Source of the DNA: Callorhinchus milii
Taxonomy: Eukaryota
Length of the DNA stretch: 64,000 bases
Assembly: GCF_018977255.1 (NCBI RefSeq)
Contig: NW_024704742.1
Span: forward strand, 59,460,001-59,524,000
Reading direction: 5' to 3'
Shown: positions 48,646 to 62,955 of the stretch, one piece after another
Layout of the letters: the number at the start of each line of letters is the position of its first letter
How positions within the stretch are numbered: the first letter of the stretch is position 1
Translations under genes and position numbers: made by a program
Notes under the pieces: generated by a model
Database searches by the model: none
What the model saw: the letters and a program-made list of their open reading frames with translations, nothing else
Told to the model about the DNA's origin: nothing

Positions 48646-50679
48646 TGAAGTGAAGTTGAGTGACTGCGTGTTTTGAGGTGAATGTGACAAACAATTTGCA
48701 TGTGGCAATATCCCAAACAGCCATGAAGTGAATCACCAATTTTACTCGGAGCTTTGTTGGATAGGACAATATAAAAAACTGCTTTCTGTTTACAAATAGT
48801 ACTATGGGATTTTCCACCTGGCAGCCAGGATCTCGGTTTAATGTTTTATCCATAAAACAAGATATGTGCTTTTAAGCTTCATTCTGTCCTCTCCATCTCT
48901 GTAGCTTTGATATTCGCGAGATTTTCTTTTACTTGTGTTTGATACAAGTGCAAATTAAACCCCACTGACTCTCTTCCTTTCAACTCAGAGATTCACCCAA
49001 ATTCCATTCACTCCAATTCCGTGCCTGAGAGATTCATTACCCTTCACTGTTGTCTTCACTTTGTCATACAAGAAACAAACATACCATTTTCCTGTCATGT
49101 AATACACATTACTGGTAGATACCTGTATTCATTTAATTGGGTAATATGTGCTATGGGCTCCAGCTTCTCAATGGAATTCCTTAATAAAATAATCAAAGTA
49201 CTTCATGCTGAGCCTTGAGAACTTATTTCCACCATGATCTACTACTTTATAAAATTATTATCCATATATTTGACATAGAGCCTTTCACATTAGAAGGGCA
49301 TCTCAAAGCACTTCAATGAATACACTGTACAATGTAGTAAAGTTCAGTAACTGCATTTTTTAGGTGAAAATGACAGCTAATTTGCACACACGTCCCTTGG
49401 AAAGCCATTTAAGTAAATTGCACATTTTATTTGGGAGATGGTTCGTCATGACACTGGGAGAAACTACTTCAGTTGCCAATTAGAGACACTGGGTCTTTAA
49501 TATCCATCTGAAAAGGCATTTAATGGCATGTTTGAAGCTCAGCACCTCCAACAATGCAAAGCCTCAAGATGGTGCAGAATTTTGGAAAAATCTTCTGTCT
49601 TCATTTATTTTAAAAAGGAAACCGTCTTGCAAAACTAAAGTTTCATTTAAGAATTTTCCAAAATCCTGCCCCATTCTTCAATTTGAAAAGACAATTCTGG
49701 CCTTTGACCCTCACTGTTTATGGAGAAAATTGTGCTGTTGTGTCTTGAATGCTTTTTCATTCAGCTGGCTAATTTTCACAAAGCAACATTATCACAAACC
49801 AAGGCTAATTATTAGAATGAATCGTAGACATACATTGTCTCCTTCATTACTTCTGTACTTGTGTGAGCTCTTTTTCATCCACACTGAATGTTCGTAAACT
49901 CAAATCAACTTGGAGCAGATGCTCTTTTGTAATTAACCCTAATCCCTTATTATCAAACCTTGTTGCCATACATTGAATGATTTATATTTAATATTGCACT
50001 TCTCCTCTGACAAAATTGAAGGTTTCCTACCTGTTGATTGGTAATTCTGACCGACTCAGTCAGTGAGCGTGTGTTGAAAAAGAAGAACAGTGCTCTTATT
50101 TTACAACCAATGTTTTTAATTCTTATAAAAATGGATAGCATATTTTAGAAGATTTACAATGCTCAAGATGTTTTGAGGAAGTTTTTTGTCATGCAAGAAA
50201 TGTATATCAATACCATTAGATGAATCAAGGCTATATGGCTCATCATACTTTCTCCTGACATACAAAATCTACCCTATCATGATCTCCGCTCCATTTATTT
50301 AATCTCCTGAGACAAAAAAAATCCAGAAAATCTATGCATTCTTACATCACCACTGTTGAATCTTGGCCCTTCCATAGATGACACCCATTTTTAGCTCCAA
50401 GAGCACAGGAAACATTGTGTTCCATGGAATATTTTATCACCTCAGTCAAAATGTATCCTTTCCAATCCTACTTTCTACCTGTGACCCAAAATTCTGTACA
50501 ATCGTAGCCATAAAAAAAATTATTTGCTGCCACTTTCATCCACAAAACACATAGTCACTCCACTTTACAGTATATTCTGTGAAGCGCTTTGAAATGCCCT
50601 TTCGAAGCTAAAGGTGCTGTATCAAATGTAAGGAATATTATTATCAGTAAATATTTAACACAGAGCTTCAAATCATAAC

Positions 50680-51068
50680 TTCACAAAACGTTTTGCAGAT
50701 CATTGGTTTCACAATAATGTGCTTGTGTATTGGTAGGGAAATGTAGTGGTACATTTACATACTGCAGCCATGAAGTGAATGATCAATTTAGCTTGGATGA
50801 CTGTCCAGGTTACCAGGAAGAACACTCTTCTCTTTTTGAATAATACCATAGGATCATTAACATCCACTCAGGAAGGACCTTGGTTTCACTTTCAAAGGAC
50901 TAGGACCCCCATAATGCAATGATTCCCCCATAGAGTACTGCACAGGTATATCAGCTTGGAATATTGACCTCACGTCCTGACATGGGAGTTGAATTTTCAA
51001 CCTTCTGAACCTAAGGTAAGAATCTATGAACTGAGTCAAGCTGACATCTACTGAGCCAAGCTGACAAC
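50680..51068 (-). mobile_element. Old DeuSINE with a 20-bp duplication of its 5' end
   Basis: Deu remnants; actgagtcaagctgacatct / actgagccaagctgacaact at ~51030-51069. Confidence 0.65.
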
Positions 51069-52096
51069 TGAAAGGTGATTTTGTAATGGTCAAATTACAT
51101 TTTAATCTGCAAATTTCCCTCATAGTTTCTACCAATCGTTCAGCAATCTGGTTTTAAAAAAAGACCATAACTGCAAAGAGGCAGAAAGGATTTGAATTCT
51201 TGAATTCCATCAGGTGCTTCCTTCTTATTCAATATGTGTCAACATTAATCATCAACACTTTGCTACCGATTAGTTTTCTGTCACTTTCCTATTCCTGTTT
51301 GGCTTGCACAGGATGCTTGAGGAAAGTCAATGCAATACAATACTTGTTAAAAGCTTTGATTGTGTTGTGGGAACTATTCCAACAATTAGAAAAAAATGAC
51401 AGAGGAGCAGAATATTGCAATAAAAAATAGGAACATAGAAAATGGAGAATTTTTAATCAGAAAGAGTTGGAGAGTTTGTAAGTGAGGAGGACTAAGGAAT
51501 GATTTTCGCTTGAAATAGCAGTAATAGCAGTGGCAGGCACAACAGCAACAAGTCTATTATAATAATAAAAATCAATGCATTTGATATAGCGCCTTTAAAG
51601 ACGAGAGGCTGAGTCAAAGCCTTTCACAGGATCCAACGGCTGTGTATTTGGTAGGATAGTTCTGTGACTGTCACAATGATGGAAACTGGTGCAATGCATA
51701 GGACAAAATGATTAAAAATATGACACTGTTTAACAGATTTGTTGTGCTAATTCTCTGTGAAGCAACATGGAAACCGTGGAACTGAAAACTCCCTTCCCTC
51801 TCTCCCCCTAATCCCACCAAGGCATAAGGTTTTCTTCTGATATCTCTTTTAAAAAATAGTTCATCCATCATCTTGGCTGCAGGATTAGCAGGACTTTTTT
51901 TTCAATGCAAAGGAATGCAAAGACGGTAAAACACATTATTTCATAATTATCACATCAATTCTAATAAGAAAGGTCACTTGTTTCACCCCAGAATCCTTTC
52001 ACCTCAGGCCTAAATTAAATTATTGTAGTTTTCATTGTAATATTCTTCCTAACAGATGCAAAATTTGTAACACAGATTTGTTGATCATTTGACAAC

Positions 52097-52520
52097 AACC
52101 TGGCTTAGTCGGTAGCATGTTTGCCTCTAAATCAGATAGTTATATGTTCAAGCCCCACCATCGGGTCCTGAACACATATTCCAGGCTGATAGTCTATTAA
52201 AGTACCAGGAAGAGCTACATTGTTGGAGGTGCCATTCTTGAATTTAAACATTAAACTGGTCTCATCCACCTGTTCAGGTGGACAATGATGATGCCATGAC
52301 ACTATTCAAAAAGTGAAAATTGTTTCCCTTGGAATTTTGGCCAACAATCATGTGAATAAATTAGACATTTGCTTCACGGCTGATAGTGGGACTGTACCAT
52401 TCTGTGCTGCTGGCAAAATGGCTGTTTGTCCTCAGAATACTACATACATAAATAATACAATACTACACAGTCACTACATTTGACTTCAATAACCTGCCAA
52501 TGGTTTTGAGATTCTCTTGA
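52097..52520 (+). mobile_element. Old DeuSINE
   Basis: cctggcttagtcggtagca...gcctctaaatcaga; ttggaggtgcc; cctgttcaggtggac. Confidence 0.7.
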
Positions 52521-53504
52521 CATTATTTGAAACACAAACATTGTTACATTAGATGAATGGTGTGGGAAATGAAGGGTTGTCTTCGGCACAGTACAGTACT
52601 TTAGCTGGGTACTACTGATGTTACAATTGGCTGCACTTAGTAGATAGCGATTTGATTCCTAGTCTTGATATTCAATACCTTGACACATACCAAAAATAGT
52701 TTTCCTCTCCAACACTCCCTCCCTGCATACGCACACACATGCACATTATAGACAAAAATCAATTGTGCAATCTCAAGCATGCATATTTCCTATAGCTAAT
52801 TGAGTTTGAAACAATTTAAGGTTAAAACCACTTGAGTCCATTGATCTTTCAGGCTATTTGGCACAATTGCAGAAAGAATAAAAGAACTTTCAAGACCCTG
52901 TAGTAACTGTGGGAACACTGGGAAAGATTAATTCACCAGTTTAACATTTGTCACTGAACAGCAAATATGCTGTCCATTGAGCTTTCAGATGATTAAATGC
53001 AGAAAGTCGCACAATGTTACCTTCATACAAGAAATGTTACCAGTGAAAATGGAACCATTTCTATATAGAATGGATTGATTAAAATGACTAAAGCAACAGG
53101 ATCAATACATTTGCTGCTTAAAGAGGTCAGGCAAACATAAATTAATTATTCTTCCTGTGCAGTATCAAAGGTACCAGTTAAGCATGCACAATTTTGTTGA
53201 TGAATTTCCAATCCTTGGAGAGGTTTACAAATTATTTGGAAAAATTAAGCAACGAAACCACTTTCAGTGTATTCGACTGCATAGTTTACTGAACCCTCCA
53301 GGCTTCAAATCTGCGTTATTGATTTCCATATCACATAATCACATATTCAGAGTTTATCCTATCAGAAGAAATAAAAAATGAATTGAGAGAAACAGGAAAA
53401 GCACAATACAACAAAAGGTGAAAGAAAAGTAAACAATAGGACAACTGTGTAGAACTTTAGAAAGAAGTTATCCTTTTCTCTTTCCTCTAACATACCCATA
53501 TCAT

Positions 53505-53938
53505 GCTCCACAATCCCATCACCCCAGTTCTTGCTACCCTGTTCCAGAACAGATCAATTTCAAGATCCTCATTCTCACTTTGAAATTACCGCATATCCTG
53601 GTAATTCCCTTCCTCGCCAATCTGCACACACCCCATTCCTGCACGCACCACATCCACTCAGCTGGCTTAGGCCTTCTGCATGTCCCTCATACCCTCCACT
53701 CTACAATTGGTGTCCATGCTTTCAGGAACTATGCCCTGAAACTCTGAAATTATTTGCCTCAATCCCTCCATCTTGCCCCCCCTTTGCCCATCTTCAAATC
53801 ACACATGAAGGCTTTCTTCTTCAACCATGTCTTCGGTTACTTCCCCTCTCTTTCCAGCTTGGTGTCAAACCACACTAATGTTAAGCATTCCGAGACATTA
53901 CTCACTTGAAAGGCGCTATATAAATGCAAGTTGTTGTT
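53505..53938 (+). mobile_element. L2 3' end, second family
   Basis: ttcaagatcctcattctcac...gaaaggcgctatataaatgcaagttgttgtt. Confidence 0.8.
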
Positions 53939-55029
53939 ATTGGAAAGACCCTCTGCTTTCATTTAATAGCTGTCCTTACCTTTTAGTTATCTTGACAGGG
54001 TCCCGTTTCAGGGATAAGTGTATCTTTAGTTTCCTTATGACCTCAGCTACAGAAACAAGATGGGCTTGGTTACATCATCAGTGATTGAGTTCACACTGAC
54101 AGCTTTCACACAGACTCAGTCCCTGACTTTGTGGTCAATCATACCCCTCACGTGGAGGAGTACCTTGGCACGATCACTTACAGCACAAGGCACATGAATC
54201 ACTCTGTTTCACTGGGTCAGTAACCCTGTGTCACAGGGTCAGCAATTTGCTCCAGAAATTCAAGGGCTGCCTGGTCAGTGGTCTGAAGTCTCCAAGCGAA
54301 CGTCGAACAACACAATTGGAGAGTATAGGATGTGCCAAGCTACTCACATTCATGTTATCAATCGTTGTGCCATTCTAAACTCCACACTGATGCCACATAA
54401 TTGGCCCACTGAGAGCTTGCCCTGTCCAGAAAACTCTTTTTTAAATAACAGCCATATTCCTCACGGGAACAGGGGCATTGAGTCTGTACTTCCTTGCAAT
54501 TTTATGTGTATTCGCAAGTCAGCAGGTTCACTGACAGACTGACTCCAGCCTCACCAGCCCAACAGAGAGGAGCTGTACATTTATTAAGGGTTTCCTGCCT
54601 CCAACCAGTGTACTATCTGAATGTGGCTGCTCATTAGTGACCAAGGCAAGTGGGCAGCAGCTCTACTTGCCTCACCATGATGCAGGCATTGGACTCACTA
54701 TATGAGCACTTTTGACCATTTATACTGCACAGTTAGCATCAATTTGATGCAATGTTATAGTTAAAAATGCAATGTATATCTGCCCTTAAGGTATTGATTC
54801 GATATGAAGCTCTGCTCCTAAAACACCTCAGGAGGTAATTTCAGGAATCAGATCAATGCTGTCTAAAAATAGATTTAGCCTGCTGTTGATTTCAAAGAAC
54901 TTCTAAACTTGATATTGAAGATTTAAGAAATTTAAGATGTTAAGTTTTTATCATTTCACAAAATGTAAATCGTTGTTGAGCTGTTTTCACTTGCCTTTAA
55001 GTCCAAAACAAGTGCCATAAATATAAGAG

Positions 55030-55268
55030 TTTGGGAGAAACTTTTTCATGCAGATGGTTGTAAGAATGTGGAACTCACTGGCAGAAATTGAGGTTCAAGC
55101 AGAAATCATCGACATACTTAAGAGGAAACTTGATGCATACCTCAGAGGGAAGGGAAAAGAGAAGTATTGGAGAAGGATTAGGAGGAGTGGATGCCCATAT
55201 GGAGGATATACTTTGGGACAGATTAATTGGGCCAAATTAAATGTTTCTGTTCTGTAATGGTCTATGTA
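55030..55268 (+). mobile_element. Old CR1 3' end
   Basis: VVRMWNSL...KRKLDAYL peptide; tctgtaatggtctatg tail. Confidence 0.75.
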
Positions 55269-55274
55269 ACTTGT

Positions 55275-55690
55275 GTGTCAACCTGGCTCTATTGGTAGCA
55301 CATTCACTGAGTCTGAGTCAGCAGGTTGTGGGTTCAAGCCCTGTGTTTGAACTGTGAACTGATATAGTCTAGGCTGAGATTCAATGCAGTGTTTGAAGAG
55401 AGTGTTGCATTGTCAGAGATTCCATTCTTCAGATGAACCATTAAACCAAGATCCCGTCTGCCTGTCTAGATGGATATTAAACATCCTTTGCCATTATTCA
55501 AAAAGGGAATTGAGTTTGTCCCAGGTGTCCTGGCCAACAACATATGCAAATAAAAGTTCGGCATTCAGTTCATGGCTGCTTGTGGAACACTCTTGTGTGC
55601 AAATTTGTTGCTGCATTCGCCAACAAAATATAGTGAATACACTTTGCAGTTATATCCTGTGAAGCACTTTGAGAAGTACTTCTGATGAGA
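55275..55690 (+). mobile_element. Well-preserved DeuSINE (SacSINE1-like)
   Basis: tctgagtcagcaggttgtgggttcaagccc head; ttaaaccaagatcccgtctgcctg...caggtgtcctggccaac Deu core. Confidence 0.85.
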
Positions 55691-56415
55691 AAGTCCCAAT
55701 GTGAGACTTGAACCACTTTCGTACTCAAGCTCTGCGTGAAGTAGTTCCTCCTAAATTCCCTTTTTGGTAATAAATGGGGCTGAACAGAATTTGTAGTGTA
55801 GCATCTTATATCTGATGGTATTGCATTGGAATTTAAAACTTGAAGAAAAAAACGGAAAAACTTCACAAACTGGAATTGAAAAATACAGCAAAAACGCATG
55901 ATTACTTTTGTAAGGACTTCTAATGCCCATTTTCATTCACTGAAAGTGAATGTCGAACAACTGTCTTTTGTGCAATCCTTAAATGGAATCATCCCTTCCC
56001 TTTAAATGTCCAAATCCTGCAGTTACCACTCTAAACTGTTCACATTAGCTTTTGGGAATACTTGTAAAATTGCTTTATTATGTGGTTTACTTCCACTTAA
56101 ATTCATCTAAAATATAAGCTTTCAAATACAATAATAGATGCAATAAACAATATTTAGCTCCACTATACAGGCACTAACAGTAGAAAATACATGCCACAGC
56201 ATCTAGGTAACCAATAATAATTTCTATTAGATAGCTTGCATGAACATCCAATGGTTTCTATGGCTCTCCCCTCCTGTCGTGTTGTCTGATAATCCAGAGC
56301 AGTGTAAGAAGAATTGTCATCACAATTGGATTTATTACATTAACATGTGTGGTGAAAAATCACTGATGCTGGTAGTGAAATCTCTTTCTGTATGGCAGTA
56401 ACAGACAGAGCAAAT

Positions 56416-56520
56416 CTAGTAGAGCCCCATTGTAACAAGCAGTACAATAACGGGGCTCGAATAATGGTCAGAGTTCCCACGTTAACTGTAATGAAACACG
56501 TTCTAAGGGAGTTCTACTAC
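56416..56520. mobile_element. Candidate decayed Tigger/pogo-like MITE
   Basis: Left end tagtagagccccattgtaac resembles the reverse complement of the right end gttctaagggagttctacta; internal tacaataacggggctc pairs with the left end. Confidence 0.35.
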
Positions 56521-56579
56521 ACTATTAGCATTCTTATGTAGGTATTGCTTACAAATACCCAGTCATAGCAAGTTACAGT

Positions 56580-56790
56580 ACATTTTATCATGTAGTGGGT
56601 GATGGGAGTGTGGAATTAGTTAGTCCCACAGAGGATAGTGAAGGCAGAGTCAATTGAAGAATTCAGAAGACAAATAGATGAATGCTTAATAGACAGGGGT
56701 ATCAGGAAATGTGGTGAGAGTCTGGGGTGGTGAAACTGAGTCACGGTCTTGGAAAATGGTGGGGTAGGCTGGATGAGCCGCATTGCTCCT
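56580..56790 (+). mobile_element. Old CR1 3' end
   Basis: gagtgtggaat...gaattcagaagacaaatagatgaatgc...gctcctgttcct. Confidence 0.65.
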
Positions 56791-58122
56791 GTTCCTTTGC
56801 TCCACTCCTGCGGAACTCTTTGAGACTCGATATCAACTGCAAGGATTATTAATTATTATTACAATTATTATGCAAGCCACAAATCATTAGCCAAGGCAAA
56901 AAAAGCAAGTTTGTATTTTGTCTGAGCATTCCATTTTACAAGTGAAAATGAATCTTAAAGACACTGAAATGACTGAAAGCTGTTTCTATAGATGAGTTTT
57001 GTGACTGGTGATAAACAGCAGTGTCAAACAGGGCTTCATTTTACATTGATTGCACACTCCAGTGAGGGCTGAACTTTACTTTATCAAATGGATAGAAGAT
57101 TGTAATAGGATTGATCTAACTTGAAGGCTAGGCACTGTATTAGGTTAAGGGAAATGTTTACTTAACAAACAAGTTTGTGGTCGAAACCAATAACCCCTCC
57201 ATAACAATAATCTTTGCTTTAGGTAGAACATAAGCCACCTTAAATGAATACATTTTTACAATATTGATATAAAGGATTCTTTTTATCTGGTTGGTTCTGC
57301 TGCTAATCCTAATAATTGATACCTTGGTAAATAAAGAAAAAGAACAGCCTTTAGACCCAACTACTGCCCTGATCATCTGATTATTTTAAGGATTAGAAGT
57401 TACTTAATATACTTAAAAACAGTGTATTTGTCACATGTTTGCTGCAAATCTGCTATTATACGTTGGAATCATCTTCATTAGAAAATGGCTATCATTCTAC
57501 TCTGAGAAAAATTTATCCAAACCCCCCCCCTACTTAATGTAAATCCAGCAACATTTAATCCTGTCTTCTCTATATGAATTGGGGTGATAAAACATATGAA
57601 CAGCAATCCAATTGCAACATTATAGACAAATTGCCTATGACATAAACTGCTATTTCTTCAGGGAAATGCCTGTATGATACCACAACTCGTGAGGCTTTGG
57701 TTCCATCCTAAGAACTTTTGCACTTTCCTATACACAGTATTTTGAAATCTTCTTTCAATCTGTTCACGTCTTGTGGGGTTAACTAGCTCACAAACTCTCA
57801 CAAATGCAAACCTTCCCAACACTCCTGATGATTTTATTAATGAGAATCTGTCACTGAAGATCTCAGTTTATAGCTTCCACATCTGTGGCATAAACACACT
57901 TAATATCATCCCATTTAAGTGTTCTGGTTCCCCGAACACTAATTCACCATTTGTGACGACATTATCCTCCTTAAATATTCAAAGTATGTTTTAATTACTT
58001 TAGATAAGATTTATTTTAACATTAAAAATTAATATTCCACTAAATATATATATGAAGACTAAAAGTAAACAGGAATATGTTTCAAATAATCCATATCATA
58101 TTGTCAAGCTCTATCTACAGGA

Positions 58123-58378
58123 GGAGTCCTGTAACTCAGTGGTGAGAGCACTCGCCTCGCAAGCGAGAGACCTGAGTTCATTTCCAGGCAGGGCAAAACC
58201 TTGGGCAAGTTTCCTTTCTGCTCACACCTGATAATAATCCTTCAAAAAAAAATCAGTGGCTGTTTGTGGGACACTGCTGTGCACAATTGACTGCCGCGTT
58301 TCACCCACACATATACAGTCAATTCACTTTACAGTATATTCTGTGAAGTGCTTTGAGACGTCTAGAAGACATGAAAAA
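58123..58378 (+). mobile_element. tRNA SINE (TAGAA-loop subfamily), internally deleted, tail missing
   Basis: ggagtcctgtaactcagtggtgagagcactcg...gagacgtctagaagacatgaaa. Confidence 0.88.
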
Positions 58379-58885
58379 TAAATGGGAATTCATATTATAA
58401 CCAGCAGAAAGAAAATCGAAAGTCCATCTACAGAGGCTATACAAGAACAGAAATTTAGAACAGAAAAGGCCACTTGGCCTGTCAACCATACTGTTTCCAC
58501 AAGTCATGTACGATCTACACGATCTTGAACACCTCCAATTTCCTATTTATTTAATCTAATTAATCTGTGTCTGGGTAATTCTATATCAATGTTCCTAATT
58601 CCCAAAGATAATCAAACAAAACTCTGGAAAATATATCTATCCATCCTCATGTGTCCACAATACAACCTTAGTTGTTACCTTTCCCAGATGACACTCCTTC
58701 AATGATTCCAATCGCAGAACTATTATGTTCCATAGAGTATTTGATCATCTTCACTTTTGAATGATAGCCTAGGTGAGCTGATGGTCTTACCTAAAATTGC
58801 AATGTTATACATTTTCCTACCCGTATCCAGAAATTTCAACACTATAAATAAGTATGTATTTATTTGATTAAGATTTGGGGCAATT

Positions 58886-59115
58886 CATTCTTCTCACTTG
58901 GCTCCTGTTAACTCTATAAATCAAAGCCCTAATGGGTGGCGTGGTCCTATTTGGACAAGATTTGGAAAGCTTGCCAGGCAGTGCTACCAATGGCAAGCTA
59001 TGTAGTTTTAGTTGGTTGGATTCAGTGGTATCCCAGTGTACATTTTGGGTTATCCAATCCAACCTGTTCCGAATACTTTCTGAATTTAAGTTAACAAAGT
59101 CATCCTCCAGGGACA
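58886..59115 (-). repeat. Unclassified dispersed repeat, copy 3
   Basis: Reverse complement shares tccctggag, acaggttg, ctaaaac, ttgccattg, cactgcctggcaagctt, cttgtcca and gagccaagtg-gaagaat with 19555-19800. Confidence 0.75.
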
Positions 59116-59811
59116 GATAGTGCATTCCATTTCAGACACAGAAAGATTTCCATGTGTAGGTGATATGCATAGGTGCAACTTCCAGTCTAATCTTAATACT
59201 CTTAACTATTACAATGGATAGGTATTGCAATACATATATCGGACACCATTTTGACCAAAAAAAGGAGATGGGCATTTTGGGATGAAAAATGGGCCGTGTG
59301 ATGTGATCAAGATCAGAGGGGGGAATACAATAGTATGAATGGCAGGATGAACAAAGGATATGCAGTTGATACCACAGAAAGAGTCTGAAGTTCATGTGTG
59401 ACAAAGGTCTTTGCAAGAAATGAACAAACTCAGTTGTGGACGATTCCACTTTAAATTCTGTTAATGTAACAAAAGTTAGACCAACTTTAATGTAAGTTTT
59501 AGTTTATTTTAGGATAAATGTGCATGAGATCAAAAGGGTACAGAAATATTCCAAAATAAATCATTTAAGTTGCCTCTCACCTCAGTGTTCAGAGATGACT
59601 GAGTACTGGAGTGAAAATTCCCTGAAGGGATTAGATAATAAATATATGGGCTTGTCTCAGCTCCAAGTCTTAATTGTTTTCACCAGTGGGTCAGATAAGT
59701 ACTATGAATATTTAAATGCATGAGTTGATTTAAAATTGTTTCAATAATTCATTACCATATTATAAACAGAAAGAAGTCAGACTAGACTTCTCGAATACTA
59801 GAGTTATGAAC

Positions 59812-60375
59812 TGGTCATTTGGAGAAGGAGAATATAATTAAGAGCAGCCAATATAGATTTCCAAAAGGAAAATCATGCTTGACCAATCTTACTGAACTCT
59901 TTGATGTAACTGATAAAGTAGATAAGAGAAATACAGTGGATAAAGTGCATCTGGATTTCCACAAGGCCTTTGATAACGTGCCCATGACTCAAATAGGGGC
60001 ATGTGGAATTGTGGGAGAGATAGCAGATTGGATTAAAAATCTTTAGGAAACTGAAAGCAAAGGGCAGAGGTTAAGGATAACTTCTGAGGGTTGGCAAGAA
60101 GTACAAAGTGTTTCTACAGGGATCCGTGTTAGGGCAATTACTATTCACCATACATGTAAATGATTTGGATTTAGGTATAGGAGGTTTGGTGTCAAAATTT
60201 GCAGATGGCACCAAATTTTGGGAGCATGTTAAATAGTGAAGAGGATTGAAGCAGAATGCAGGAAGACATAGGAAGAAAAACTGGTAGATAGATAGCAAAT
60301 TAAACTTAATGTAGCAAAATGCAAAGTAATTTACTTTGGCAGGAAAAATACAAAAGCCGTCTATAGTCTAGATGG
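59812..60375 (+). mobile_element. Degenerate CR1 RT fragment
   Basis: KGKSCLTNLTELFD and VHLDFHKAFD peptides; tcaaaatttgcagatggcacc (SKFADGT). Confidence 0.85.
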
Positions 60376-60394
60376 TAATACCCTATCCAACACA

Positions 60395-60513
60395 CCCCCA
60401 ACACTGCTTTGGAGTGCTAGCTTAAATTATGTTATTCAAAGTCCCAATGTGAGGCTTGAACTCACAACTTTCTGACTCAGAGGCGAGAGTGCTACCACTG
60501 TGCCAGACTGACA
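60395..60513 (-). mobile_element. DeuSINE 5' head fragment
   Basis: ttctgactcagaggcgagagtgctaccactgtgccagactgacac. Confidence 0.8.
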
Positions 60514-60850
60514 CACAATGCTAAAATACAACCAATTTAAAATAATAACTGGTTTTGAGCATCCCACATAGAATATTTCACACTTTAATATGCTGGTCAT
60601 GATCTCAAACTGTTCTACATTTTCTATTATGCAGAGTCAAATAGCTCACTATTAATGGGAAAACTTATAACTGCAAATGTACAAAGTAAGACTCTGCTAC
60701 ATACGTTACCAGCTAATATCTCAGCATAATTCAATGCAAAGCCTATAGATGTCAATGTAAAGCTTTCACTATTATTAAATCTAAATATGGCCATGTAGAA
60801 TAAATCTTGTATGCCACTGGTTTATTCTTGTATAAGATTCTTACTCATGA

Positions 60851-61385
60851 AAACAACAACAACAATAACAAGATTACACTTCTATAGCTCCTTTCATATC
60901 GGGAGGACATCCCAAGGCGCTGGACAGAGTACAGCATTTCAGACCTGAGCTGGGGTTCGGGGGGTAATGGAGGGGAGGGGAAGGGGGGTGTCCGATGGCA
61001 TGGTCGAAGAGGAGGGTCTTGAGGCGGGACTTGAAGGAGGCTAAGGAGGGGGCGAGGCGGAGTGACTGGGGGATAGAATTCTAGAGGTTGGGGACAGAGT
61101 GGCTGAAGACTCTCCCACCAATGGTGGGACGGGTGGGTCGGGGCACGTGGAGCAGGCCAGAGCCGGCTGAGCGGATGGACCGGGCGGTTTGGTAGGGGGT
61201 TAAGAGGTCGCAGAGGTAGGGTGGGGTGAGGCCATGGAGGGCTTTGTACGTGAGGATCAGGATCTTGAACTGGATCCTCTAAAGAATATGGAGCAGTGGA
61301 GTCGGGCGAGAGTGGGGGAGATGGGGTCACGGAGTTTGGTGTGGGAGAGGACACAGGCTGCAGAGTTCTGGATTATCTGAGGATG
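60851..61385 (-). mobile_element. L2 3' end
   Basis: (aac)n tail, tcgggaggacatcccaaggcgct stem-loop and ORF2 C-terminus. Confidence 0.88.
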
Positions 61386-61454
61386 ATGTCACCAAGGGGG
61401 AGCATGTAAAACCATAAGAATAAATGAAAATAGCCATCCAGACCATCAAATTGT

Positions 61455-61620
61455 CACTTGTCATTCAGCCCAACTAATCCATGCCAGGATTTACACTCCA
61501 AACAAATCTTCACCCCTCTTATTCCCCTCTTCCTCAAGAATTCAAGTTTTCTCTTAAATTCATTGATGTTATTAGCTGCAACCACAGCTTCCAGCAGTAA
61601 GTTCCACATTCTCACCATTC
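61455..61620 (-). mobile_element. Old CR1 3' end
   Basis: RMVRMWNLLLEAVVAANNINEFKRKLE peptide. Confidence 0.75.
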
Positions 61621-62955
61621 TCCATTCACCATGTTCTTTGGATGTTAGAGGGAGCAATATCGCAGCAGGTTTTCTTTACTCACTGAAAGACTCACTGAAA
61701 CTACCTACAGTACCAATGTATTGTCTTTGTCTCTCTCCTCTCTATAGTGACTAGCATCAAGTCTCCCAATCCCACCCAAAGGACATTGTGCCAGGACACA
61801 TTTAAGACAAATTAGATACTGTGGTACAATGTCTGCATATTACTCCTAATCAAAACGTGATGCACTGAGCAATTTTCCAAGATGGCCATCTGGCATAAAG
61901 GCATAATGTTTCTGTACTTTGCGATCATTGACCTTTAGAAATCATACAGAGCTTTCCAGACAATGGGGAAAGAAAATTTCTCAACAGGGCTTTACCTAGT
62001 CAAGAAAGAGCTCCGCAGTCTTAGAGAGTTAGGCTATCTTTCAAGACCAAGAACTAAAAAGAGAAATACGTTGCCTTGGAGACATGAATCAGTTACCAAC
62101 TTGCCAGGCTCAGAGGACAGTCACCTCCTTCTTTTTGCGATAGGATTACAGAGTGGTCAGACTCCAGCAGACCCAGAGGAGCAGTGAATTACATAGGTTG
62201 TAGTTGTATGATGCTTCCCCACAGCAGACCAAGGATAGGGTAGAACTCTTGTGCATTTTGAGTATTATCCTTTGTTCTACTCCACTCATCTGTATGCATA
62301 TCGTGAAAGATAGTGGGAAAGTAGGGCAGCTGGAGGGCAGTGGAGGTCGCATCTATTGATATATACGAGAACACAATGTATTGCTATGTGTAAACTCACC
62401 AAAAAGCCTTTATATTATTGCTGCTTCAAGCACCGTCTAGCTTTCGCATCAGTCCTCTAACCCAATTCGTAACCGAGTAATTGGAGGGTCACTGTGGATA
62501 AACTACAAAGTAATTATCTGATGAAGCATTTCAGGTGATATTACATCAGTCCAAATTTGAATGTTGGCATTAGATTAATAAAATCACTCCAGGCTATCTG
62601 GTGATTGTAACTAATATACACTGTTCATTTTTTGGAATGATTTAATTGTTTTGGCCCCATCTTGTGCCAATGGTGGATGTTGATGCCTAAAGTATCTGTC
62701 AGTGTATTCCATACGATTGCAAAAATGACAGCAACAAATTGCACTTATATAGCACCTTTCATGTCAGGAGAATATCCCAAGTTTATGTTTGTCCCCGAGC
62801 TGGGGGTTGGAATCAAAAGGGGTGGAGGGCAAGGGAGTGAGGGTGAGAGGTTGACTGAAGGCACATTGAATGAGGAAGGTCTTGAGATGGGACTTGAAAC
62901 ACCATGTGCAATTTGGGTTTTAATGTTCCAAATGTTGCTGCAAATTTAATAAAAT

